Assembly (NCBI GenBank): GCA_022766245.1
Contig: JALEPL010000031.1
Span: forward strand, 4,336-68,335
DNA length: 64,000 bases
Origin: Lachnospiraceae bacterium
GTDB lineage: Bacteria > Bacillota > Clostridia > Lachnospirales > Lachnospiraceae
Reading direction: 5' to 3'
The notes under the pieces were generated by a model. The model did not search any database. It saw nothing but the letters and a program-made list of their open reading frames with translations, and was not told the DNA's origin. Shown piece by piece: positions 28,583 through 37,141 of this stretch. The translations under genes and the position numbers were made by a program. Numbering within the stretch: position 1 is the stretch's first letter; each line of letters starts with the position of its first letter.

Positions 28583-30613
28583 TCATTTCCGGGCAATGAT
28601 ACACACACCATAGGGCTTTAGGTGATATGCGCCGGAAACAGCCTCTCCGGTCAACAGTTCTGTGCCAGATACTGCCTCGATTTCCACCGGCTGCTGGGAG
28701 CAGTTCAGATAGAAATCAAACATCTGTCCATCCGCTTCTCTGGTGTGATGCTCCACGCCCTCCGGAAGATGATAGGTGGGAATCTGTGCCTTTTCCAAGA
28801 GCTGTCCCAGAAGACGGATCATGGTCTCATCATCCAGCCGTGCTGCCACATAGTAGGCACTGCCGGAGCCGGTATCCTTCACCGTCACTGCAGGCATGCC
28901 TCCATAGTAATCCTGTTCATAGGTTGCCAACGTCTTTGCATCCAGAAGACGAAGCATTTCCGCATAATCCCGCACCTGCCCCTTGCTGCCGTCGGTAAAG
29001 CACACTTCGTTGCAGTCCGTAGGATACAAACTATCGATTTCCTCGCTGATCACACCGAACAGCTCCGTCAGTCCATCTCCCGGAAAACCACCCAGGAAAT
29101 TTAACTGATTTTCATCCACGTATCCGGTGACGTAGGTTGCCAAAAGCTGTCCTCCACGTTTCACAAATGCCTTTAAGGAATCTGCCACGCCGGTTCTTAA
29201 CATATACAGCATAGGAGCCACCACCACATCATAACCATCCAGCGGATCATCCGAAGGAATCACATCCACATCCACGCCGAAATGCATCAGATATTTATAA
29301 AATTTGATACAGGTCTCCGGGTATTTTTTCGTCTCCTGGGACAATCCTCTCATGGCATCGATGGACCACATATTGTCCCAGTCAAACAAAAGTGCCACTT
29401 TGGATTTTACCAAGGTACCCCTGAGATCGGACAATTTGGCTAAATCTGCACCCACTTCTGCCACCTCTCGGAAAATGCGGGTATCAGACCGTCCCAGATG
29501 ATCCAGCACGGCACCATGATACTGTTCAAAGGAACCACGGCCCTTCCGCCACTGAAAATACTGCACCGTATCAGACCCAAGGGCCACCGCCTGCAAAGAT
29601 GCCAGCCGATGCACACCCGGACGTTTCATTTTATTGCAATCATGCCAGTTTACCAGACCCGGAGCACTCTCCATCAGCATAAACGGCTTGTCCTTCTTCA
29701 TGGAACGCATCACTGCATGATCAAAAGCATTTTCCCCCATGGTATCCGCAAAGGTCTCCCAATCGTTGTGAAAAGCGGGATAGGAATCCCAGGAAACCAC
29801 ATCCAGTTCCTTGCTCATCACCCGGTAATCCAGTCCCGGATACAGCTTCATGTAGTTGGTGGTCACCGGAATCTGTGGAGACCGCTGCTTAAGAATATCG
29901 ATTTCTGATTTCATGTAATCAGTCATACTCCAGGTGGTAAAGCGTTTCCACTCCAACGTAAGCCCCATATTGCTGCATTCTCCGTTGCTGTAGGGCGGCT
30001 CAATCTGGGAGAAGTCATTGTAGGTATGACTCCAGAACGCCGTCCACCATGCATGGTTCAGCTTGTCTATGTCATGATCAAACTTCTCCGCCAGGTAATT
30101 CTGAAAACGTTTTACACAGTGCGGACAGAAACACTCCCCCCCAAACTCGTTGGAAATGTGCCACATCACCAGACCTGGATGATCCCCCACGGCATCAATG
30201 AGCTTATTTAAAATGATCGATACTTTTTCCCGATAAACAGGTGCGCTCATGCAGTGATTGTGACGTACCCCGTGATGGTAACGGACACCGTAACTATCCA
30301 CCCTCATAGCCTCCGGGTATTTTTGATCCAGCCATGCCGGTCTGGCACCGGACGGTGTCGCTAAAACAGTATGTATGCCATTCTCATAAAGGCGATCCAT
30401 AATCTCCTTTAACCATTCAAAATGAAACTCCCCTTCCTTCGGCTCATAAGCACTCCAGGAAAACACACCCAATGTGGCGCTGGTCATGCCAGCCTCTTTC
30501 ATCAGGCGGACATCCTCTTCTAAAATGTCCGGCCGATCCAGCCACTGCTCCGGGTTGTAATCTCCCCCATGCATAATTCCGCTAATCTGCGGAAATAAAA
30601 TCTTTCGTTCCAT
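28583..30613 (-). CDS. Beta-galactosidase, GH42
   Basis: HGGDYNPEQW, GVFSWSAYEP.EG, WHISNEF, FMLMES, FQWR, EQYHGAV; start MERKILF at 30613. Confidence 0.95.
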   Translation of the reverse strand: MERKILFPQISGIMHGGDYNPEQWLDRPDILEEDVRLMKEAGMTSATLGVFSWSAYEPKEGEFHFEWLKEIMDRLYENGIHTVLATPSGARPAWLDQKYPEAMRVDSYGVRYHHGVRHNHCMSAPVYREKVSIILNKLIDAVGDHPGLVMWHISNEFGGECFCPHCVKRFQNYLAEKFDHDIDKLNHAWWTAFWSHTYNDFSQIEPPYSNGECSNMGLTLEWKRFTTWSMTDYMKSEIDILKQRSPQIPVTTNYMKLYPGLDYRVMSKELDVVSWDSYPAFHNDWETFADTMGENAFDHAVMRSMKKDKPFMLMESAPGLVNWHDCNKMKRPGVHRLASLQAVALGSDTVQYFQWRKGRGSFEQYHGAVLDHLGRSDTRIFREVAEVGADLAKLSDLRGTLVKSKVALLFDWDNMWSIDAMRGLSQETKKYPETCIKFYKYLMHFGVDVDVIPSDDPLDGYDVVVAPMLYMLRTGVADSLKAFVKRGGQLLATYVTGYVDENQLNFLGGFPGDGLTELFGVISEEIDSLYPTDCNEVCFTDGSKGQVRDYAEMLRLLDAKTLATYEQDYYGGMPAVTVKDTGSGSAYYVAARLDDETMIRLLGQLLEKAQIPTYHLPEGVEHHTREADGQMFDFYLNCSQQPVEIEAVSGTELLTGEAVSGAYHLKPYGVCIIARK

Positions 30614-30915
30614 ACCCTTCTCCTTTTTATAATATACTGGTAAATGACGCATCTGTTCAGAACCATTGGAAAATATTTGTTGCCCTGGGTCTGAGCATTT
30701 ATCATACTCACTAATCATACTTCTACCAGCTGTTTTTCGCAAGAGGAAACCGAAAAAAGCATCGATGACCCTCGCACGGGGCATGAGTGGATTTTTTCTT
30801 CTCTTATTCATTTCCCAAACAGAAGGATATACCCTGAAACTTGTTCCATGATCCATGAATTATCAGTTCGCACATTGAGTTTTTCCAATATTTCCGATAT
30901 AATAATAAGATGTAG

Positions 30916-30960
30916 GTAACTGTTCCGAACAGGCCGAATCACTTGCTGATGAGGCCGTAA
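30916..30960 (+). repeat. Second subfamily of the GTAACTGTTCAG-headed repeat
   Basis: 41 of 45 nt identical to the reverse complement of 50605-50649. Confidence 0.8.
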
Positions 30961-31004
30961 GAACATGATTTCCAAAACATCATACAAAATATGGGGAATT
31001 ATCA

Positions 31005-31994
31005 ATGATTACTTTAAATGATTATTTATACAACGGAGACACCGTACTAAAGATTTTACACAGATATGAAGAAGATCTGCATCAGCACGTGAAGGTGACC
31101 AACAACCAGATTGATCTGATGCACTGCAATTTTCTGCTTCAGATTTCTGAGCTGCTGCAGCACAACGATTTCCTGACTTCCCAGTCCCAAAGGATTCGGG
31201 AATTTTATAAATATATGGCCAACGAGTATCCGTTTCTGGCCTTTACCTTTAAGGGGCGCATCAAGTCCCTGATTCGTGCGGAAGAAAAATTCAACGGATA
31301 TATCGTCGAATATATCTATGACTATTATACGGAGCAGGGAAATTTTCCCACTCTGACGGAACTTAAGAACCGTTTGAACTGTTTCCGTGATCTGATTGCC
31401 TATCGAATTGTCATCTCCCTGCCCAAGTGCCATTTGAAGCCGGATCAGGACCGGCGCACTCAGGAGCTGGTGTATCTCTATCAGATTGCAAACAGTCTGC
31501 CCTCTTTTCTGGAGGAACGTGGCTTTACCGCAGAGATTTCTAATCTTACAGAACAGCACAAATCCCCCCTTTTACATGAGGATGTAGCTCCCTATTACCG
31601 GGATTACATCACTGATGCCAGTGCCAACGGCTACCAATCTCTGCATATTACCCTGTACGATAATCTGGCGCGATGCTACATCGAAGTACAGCTTCGCACC
31701 AAGGATATGGATGATTATGCGGAAATCGGTCCCGCCAATCATCTGGGCTATGAAAAACAGCAGGAAAGTGCACGAATCCGCCGCTCTGCCATTCCCCAGG
31801 GCGAGTGCATCTATTTCGATGAGGCGTACCAGCGGGGGCTTATGCTGCAGCAGCTGGATCTGTCCAAACTGGACGTAAACATGTTTACTGCCGTGGACAA
31901 TTCTCTCATCAATGACGGCTGTGGTCTGTTTCGTGGAAGACAGATTCTTCCTTTCGAGCATTTGTCACGATTCCAGAATGATAGGATTGACTAG
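31005..31994 (+). CDS. Small alarmone synthetase-like protein (stand-alone RelA/SpoT synthetase domain)
   Basis: KGRIKS, RDLIAYRI, RDYI..NGYQSLH, IEVQLRT, ANHLGY; no HD hydrolase, TGS or ACT domains. Confidence 0.85.
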   Translation: MITLNDYLYNGDTVLKILHRYEEDLHQHVKVTNNQIDLMHCNFLLQISELLQHNDFLTSQSQRIREFYKYMANEYPFLAFTFKGRIKSLIRAEEKFNGYIVEYIYDYYTEQGNFPTLTELKNRLNCFRDLIAYRIVISLPKCHLKPDQDRRTQELVYLYQIANSLPSFLEERGFTAEISNLTEQHKSPLLHEDVAPYYRDYITDASANGYQSLHITLYDNLARCYIEVQLRTKDMDDYAEIGPANHLGYEKQQESARIRRSAIPQGECIYFDEAYQRGLMLQQLDLSKLDVNMFTAVDNSLINDGCGLFRGRQILPFEHLSRFQNDRID

Positions 31995-32084
31995 TCGCTT
32001 CCCAGATAGGAAGAACTATCATAAACACGCAATTCCTATTTCTACTAAAATTAATAGCTGACTATTCCGTACTTCATAGGATAT

Positions 32085-32121
32085 AAGTGCTCAATAGAGA
32101 ACCACTCCCTATTGAGCATTT
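32085..32121. terminator. Hairpin terminator between convergent genes
   Basis: tgctcaatag...ctattgagca 10-bp stem. Confidence 0.65.
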
Positions 32122-32158
32122 ACTTTTCCATGGATATCTATTGTTTACTTTCCATAAC

Positions 32159-33011
32159 CTACCTTACCCATGCTCCATTGGAATTCAGGTTACATCCGTC
32201 AATGACGGTATCATGTGCCATCACACCGGAATCATACAGGTAATACCAATCCTCGCCCTGCTGTAACCAGCCGATCTGCATGGCGCCGGACTCATTCATG
32301 AAATACCATGCGTTTCCATCACTTACCCAACCGACTGCCATTGCTCCTGATGGTTTCAGATAATACCAGATATTTCCCTCCTGCAGCCAACCGGTCTTCA
32401 TGATTCCATCCTCATTCATGTAGTACCAATCACTTCCGTCAAAGGTCCAGCCTGTAGACATCCAGCCAGATGCATCGAAGTAGTACCATACGCCATCCAC
32501 AGACTGCCAACCGATTACTATTGCTCCCTTATCGTTCAGATAGTACCAGTTGCCCTGTTCCTCTAACCACTGACTGGTAAGAGGACTGTTGTTCCTGTAA
32601 TAATACTTTGTGCCATCCTCTGCGGTGTACCAGCCATTTCAGCTGGGTATTTTTGCTCACATCCAAACTTTTCAGCTTATTCTCCCAGCAGGACAGATAT
32701 GTCAGCTTCGTATTTTGGCTCACATCCAACGTCGTTATCTAATTTGCATAACAGTCCAGATTGGTCAGTTCTGTGTTTTTGCTCACGTTCAGTTCCGTTA
32801 ACTCATTTGCATAACAGTCAAGAATCGTCAGCTTCGTATTTTTACTCACGTCCAAACTGGTAATCTGATTATAACCACAGTTTAGTTTCGTTAAATTGGT
32901 GAAATATTCCACACCTTTTACACTTGTGATATATCCATTCGAATATGTGAGAGCCGATACGTCAATCTCCGTCACATCATCCATTTCCTCCTTATTTAGA
33001 TAATACGCCAT
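32159..33011 (-). pseudogene. Decayed internalin-like LRR + cell-wall-binding-repeat surface protein
   Basis: LRRs (LTKLNCGYNQITSLDVSKNTK) interrupted by an in-frame TAG at 32741-32739, then a frameshift near 32640 into WYY...G.M repeats; no signal peptide. Confidence 0.85.
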
Positions 33012-33027
33012 ACATTACTTTGCAACA

Positions 33028-34317
33028 TTACAGGTCTTTCACCAATGCTTCCACTTCTTCCCGGGCATCCAGAAAGATTTTTGTAAGCACCGGATCAAAA
33101 TCCGTTCCGGAGCCCTTTTCGATAATCTCAAAGGATGCATCCAATGACATAGCGTCCCGGTAACAGCGTTTCTGCGACACCGCATCAAACACATCTGCAA
33201 TTGCCATGATCCGAGCGTGAAGTGGAATTTCGTTGCCGGAAAGTCCATCGGGATATCCTTTTCCATTGTATTTTTCATGGTGATGTCTTGCCACTTCATA
33301 GGCAATTTGCAGGAATTCCGGATCATCCAGGTCCTTAAATATCGTGCGTAACATATCACCACCACAGGCAGCATGCTGTTTCATCATCGAATATTCTTCA
33401 TCTGTCAGTTTTCCCGGTTTCTGCAATATCACATCCGGTGTAGCAATCTTTCCAATGTCATGAAGGGGTGCTGCATTACTGACATTTACCAAATAATCTT
33501 TATTAATCACATCGCGATATTTCCTGTCATGTCTCATATGATGAAGCATAAGATTCACATAGGCCTGGGTTCTTTTCACATGTCCTCCGGTATTGTCATC
33601 CCGGCTTTCAATCATGGATGCAAAACCTTCCACCATTTTCGAATTATAAATGGTTAGTTTCCTGATATAAGGATTCTCAAAAAACATGTAAATCCCTAAC
33701 AACAAGGTCGTTGCTAAAAGTGATGTCATCAGAATCTCCGGAAAAATAATCTGCAATGTAATAAACACTCCAGAAAGTCCAATAAACGAAAAAATACCCA
33801 CCTTCTTTTCGCTTGGAAGGTAACGATGCCTAATCAATAATAAAACTAGAACAAATCCATAATGAATAACCACCGAACCATAACACACATACACAGGCCA
33901 GCCCATGGAATAATTGGTATATACTCCATGTACATATTCCAAGTTGCTCATTCCTGCAACAATCAAAACGATGGACAATGCCCCCGGAGTTACAAACAAA
34001 AGCTTTCTTTTCTTATTCTTTTTTCCAAAGCCCACCGTCTGTTCAAACATATACATTGCCGTAACAATGATAATAAGGTCTACAAGTACTAAAAAAATAA
34101 GATGTGCAAACCTGTTAAACATCACCGGAACGATATCCAGATGGTTCACCGTCCATGCGGTCAGACCATCAAAAACCACTTCCCATGATACCACAACCAT
34201 AAGGGCATCAAAAAATCTGTTGCAGGGTATATTCCTATAATACGTTTCCCTAACATATGTAACAATCAGGTATAGTACAATCACCAGACAACCTATTTGT
34301 AATTTCACATACTCCAT
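33028..34317 (-). CDS. HD-GYP phosphodiesterase with N-terminal multi-TM domain
   Basis: About 7 hydrophobic segments, then TGGHVKR, PLHDIGKI, HHEKYNGKGYPDGL, IADVFDA. Confidence 0.92.
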   Translation of the reverse strand: MEYVKLQIGCLVIVLYLIVTYVRETYYRNIPCNRFFDALMVVVSWEVVFDGLTAWTVNHLDIVPVMFNRFAHLIFLVLVDLIIIVTAMYMFEQTVGFGKKNKKRKLLFVTPGALSIVLIVAGMSNLEYVHGVYTNYSMGWPVYVCYGSVVIHYGFVLVLLLIRHRYLPSEKKVGIFSFIGLSGVFITLQIIFPEILMTSLLATTLLLGIYMFFENPYIRKLTIYNSKMVEGFASMIESRDDNTGGHVKRTQAYVNLMLHHMRHDRKYRDVINKDYLVNVSNAAPLHDIGKIATPDVILQKPGKLTDEEYSMMKQHAACGGDMLRTIFKDLDDPEFLQIAYEVARHHHEKYNGKGYPDGLSGNEIPLHARIMAIADVFDAVSQKRCYRDAMSLDASFEIIEKGSGTDFDPVLTKIFLDAREEVEALVKDL

Positions 34318-34434
34318 CTTGTTTCATCCTCTTTTTTTATTATTAAGAAATGACTCTCCAACGCCTTAAAATGAAAAATGCGCCAGCATATGACCATAAC
34401 CACAAGCTGGCGCACACCATTCTATATCACGTAG

Positions 34435-34806
34435 CTATTCAGCCTTCCAAAGTCCATGAAGATTGCAATAAGCATATACTGCAACTACGGAATCATCAGC
34501 CGTTAACTCAAATTCTGCAACAGGCTTTTCTTCTGGCTTAAGATATTTCCTCTGTGTCCCTTTCACGGTCTCAACTGCAATCCACTCAATAAAGTGTGCT
34601 TCTACCATCGGATGCTCTACAGAACCAATTGAAACAAGAACCTTATTTCCATCTACTGTAAATACAGGAACATGCTTCTCAGCTGCTCCATCAGATGTTC
34701 CTGGAATAAGCTCTGTCATCTTCTGTCCGCAGCACATTACCGGAACCCCATTATCCTTAATCATCTCAATCTGATTACCACAATGTTCACATACAAAAAA
34801 CCTCAT
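34435..34806 (-). CDS. dfx: Desulfoferrodoxin / superoxide reductase
   Basis: CEHCGN, MCCG, EKHVP, HPM, HFIEWI, YCNLHGLW; start MRFF at 34806. Confidence 0.95.
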   Translation of the reverse strand: MRFFVCEHCGNQIEMIKDNGVPVMCCGQKMTELIPGTSDGAAEKHVPVFTVDGNKVLVSIGSVEHPMVEAHFIEWIAVETVKGTQRKYLKPEEKPVAEFELTADDSVVAVYAYCNLHGLWKAE

Positions 34807-35002
34807 AACGTTTGCACTCCTTCCAATCCATTCACCTTTATGAATCCTATTAAATTGTTGTAACTGATGTACCTTCACAGTTATGAACCGACTATATTTT
34901 ATAATGCTATTCCAGATTTTGCAACAAAATTATGCTTATTTCTCCGTGTCCAATGAATATGTTGCTCCATTTAGGGTGAACTCTTTATTATGTATCGATT
35001 CC

Positions 35003-35135
35003 GTATTTGTTCAGCAGGCATACGCATTTACTGCGGATGCTGTGAAAAAAAGTATATTTAGCAAGCACAAATCCATTTGCGAAGCAAATTTTGCATGGAT
35101 TTGTGCTCGTAACTATGAAGGTACTGAATAGTTAC
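35003..35135 (-). repeat. Complete 133-bp MITE/REPIN-like element
   Basis: Ends gtatttgttcag / ctgaatagttac; about 11 mismatches (counted by eye) to the reverse complement of 54021-54153. Confidence 0.9.
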
Positions 35136-35140
35136 AAATA

Positions 35141-35180
35141 TGAAATAAGCCCGGAGAAATGAACCTCCGGGCTTTCATTT
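35141..35180. terminator. Terminator downstream of the GGGtGRT gene
   Basis: aagcccggag-N8-ctccgggctt stem with A/T flanks. Confidence 0.75.
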
Positions 35181-35181
35181 T

Positions 35182-35227
35182 TGTGTGCTACATCTGTGCG
35201 CTACGTGTGTACTATGTGTGCGCTACC
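35182..35227. repeat. Four near-tandem copies of TGTGYRCTAY
   Basis: tgtgtgctac, tgtgcgctac, tgtgtactat, tgtgcgctac at 35182, 35195, 35206, 35217. Confidence 0.75.
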
Positions 35228-35280
35228 TAGTATATTTACCATACTTTTCAAAACGTAGAACCGCTTATTTACTGGATTTC

Positions 35281-36291
35281 TTAGAACTTGCCGGCATTTG
35301 CTGCTTCTTCCACGGAAACTGCAACAGCCACAGTAGCACCTACCATCGGGTTGTTACCCATTCCGATGAGACCCATCATCTCTACGTGAGCCGGTACGGA
35401 AGAAGATCCTGCGAACTGAGCGTCAGAATGCATACGTCCCAATGTATCGGTCATACCGTAAGAAGCAGGACCTGCAGCCATGTTATCCGGGTGAAGGGTA
35501 CGTCCGGTACCACCGCCGGAAGCTACGGAGAAGTATTTCTTACCCTGCTCGATGCACTCTTTCTTGTAAGTACCTGCAACCGGATGCTGGAAACGTGTGG
35601 GGTTGGTGGAGTTACCGGTGATGGATACACCAACATTCTCATGATGCATGATTGCAACACCTTCCTGAACGTCGTCTGCACCGTAACACTTTACAGTTGC
35701 ACGAACACCGTTAGAATAAGGCTTCTCATATACGATGTTTAACTTAGCTTCTTTGTAATCGTACTTTGTCTCAACAAAGGTAAATCCGTTGATACGGGAA
35801 ATAATCTGAGCTGCGTCTTTTCCTAAACCGTTTAAGATAACGCGCAGAGGTTTCTGACGAACTTTGTTTGCCTTCTCAGCGATACCGATTGCACCCTCAG
35901 CTGCTGCGAAAGACTCATGTCCTGCTAAGAAACAGAAGCACTCGGTCTCCTCCTCTAACAGCATCTTGCCCAGGTTACCATGTCCTAAACCTACCTTACG
36001 GTGGTCAGCAACGGAACCGGGAATACAGAATGCCTGAAGGCCCTCACCGATGGCTGCTGCTGCGTCAGAAGCTTTTCTGCAGCCCTTCTTAATTGCGATT
36101 GCTGCACCTACGGTGTATGCCCAGCATGCATTTTCAAAACAGATGGGCTGGATCTTCTTTACCTGATTGTATACGTCAAGGCCAGCATCCTTGGTGATTT
36201 TCTCAGCTTCTTCGATGGAGCTGATGCCATAGCTGTTTAATACAGCGTTGATCTGGTCAATTCTTCTTTCATATGATTCAAATAATGCCAT
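35281..36291 (-). CDS. GGGtGRT family protein
   Basis: Contains the namesake SGGGTGRTLHPDN motif; FLAGHESFAAAEGAIGIA. Confidence 0.93.
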   Translation of the reverse strand: MALFESYERRIDQINAVLNSYGISSIEEAEKITKDAGLDVYNQVKKIQPICFENACWAYTVGAAIAIKKGCRKASDAAAAIGEGLQAFCIPGSVADHRKVGLGHGNLGKMLLEEETECFCFLAGHESFAAAEGAIGIAEKANKVRQKPLRVILNGLGKDAAQIISRINGFTFVETKYDYKEAKLNIVYEKPYSNGVRATVKCYGADDVQEGVAIMHHENVGVSITGNSTNPTRFQHPVAGTYKKECIEQGKKYFSVASGGGTGRTLHPDNMAAGPASYGMTDTLGRMHSDAQFAGSSSVPAHVEMMGLIGMGNNPMVGATVAVAVSVEEAANAGKF

Positions 36292-36309
36292 TTTCGTGTC
36301 TCTCCTTTC

Positions 36310-37002
36310 CTATTCCTGTCTCGGGTCGATAATCTTAACAGCGTCGTCTACGCGGCCATACTGTCCCTTAGCCTTCTCCCAAGCTGTGTTCGGATCATCA
36401 CCTTTTTTGATAAAGTCAGTCATCTTTCCGAGAGATACGAACTGATAGCCGATTACTTCGTTGTCAGCATCCAATGCGATACCGGTAACATAACCCTCAG
36501 CCATCTCTAAGTAACGAACACCCTTCTCCTTGGTTGCATACATAGTACCAACCTGAGAGCGAAGTCCCTTTCCTAAATCCTCAAGACCAGCACCGATTGC
36601 CAATCCGTCATCAGAGAAAGCACTCTGTGTACGTCCGTAAACGATCTGTAAGAACAGCTCTCTCATTGCTGTATTGATAGCATCACATACTAAGTCGGTA
36701 TTCAATGCCTCTAAGATTGTCTTGCCCTGTAATACCTCAGCTGCCATTGCTGCGGAATGTGTCATACCGGAGCATCCGATGGTCTCAACCAATGCTTCCT
36801 CGATCACACCATTCTTTACGTTTAATGAAAGCTTGCAGGCACCCTGCTGAGGTGCACACCAGCCAACACCGTGTGTAAAACCAGAGATATCTTCAATTTT
36901 CTTGGAATGAACCCATTTTCCTTCTTCCGGAATTGGTGCAGGCTCATGTTTTGCGCCCTTTGCTACAGGACACATGTTTTCAACTTCCTTTGTGTAGATC
37001 AT
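36310..37002 (-). CDS. IscU/NifU-N-like Fe-S scaffold-type protein paired with GGGtGRT
   Basis: MIYTKEVENMCPV start, GWCAPQQGACKL, TIGCSGMTHSAAMA, LVCDAIN. Confidence 0.85.
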   Translation of the reverse strand: MIYTKEVENMCPVAKGAKHEPAPIPEEGKWVHSKKIEDISGFTHGVGWCAPQQGACKLSLNVKNGVIEEALVETIGCSGMTHSAAMAAEVLQGKTILEALNTDLVCDAINTAMRELFLQIVYGRTQSAFSDDGLAIGAGLEDLGKGLRSQVGTMYATKEKGVRYLEMAEGYVTGIALDADNEVIGYQFVSLGKMTDFIKKGDDPNTAWEKAKGQYGRVDDAVKIIDPRQE

Positions 37003-37141
37003 TTTAAGACTCCTTTCAGTGAAAAAATATACCATGTCAAACGGTGGCATTCCATTCAACACACTGCAATCATTTTCGCACATTTTTCGGCATTCGTCTA
37101 GCCTTTTTTGTGTAAAAATTTGTATATTTAGCAGGCACAAA

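Noticed and set aside
30614-30856. N-terminal extensions in the ORF track (GH42, leuC, IscU-like, asd, amidase, dfx, glgA, GlmU-like)
   Set aside because: Homology begins at downstream starts, most with SD sequences; some extensions are translated repeat sequence.
35003-35227. Possible CRISPR array
   Set aside because: No constant 23-47-bp repeats with unique spacers and no cas genes anywhere in the window.
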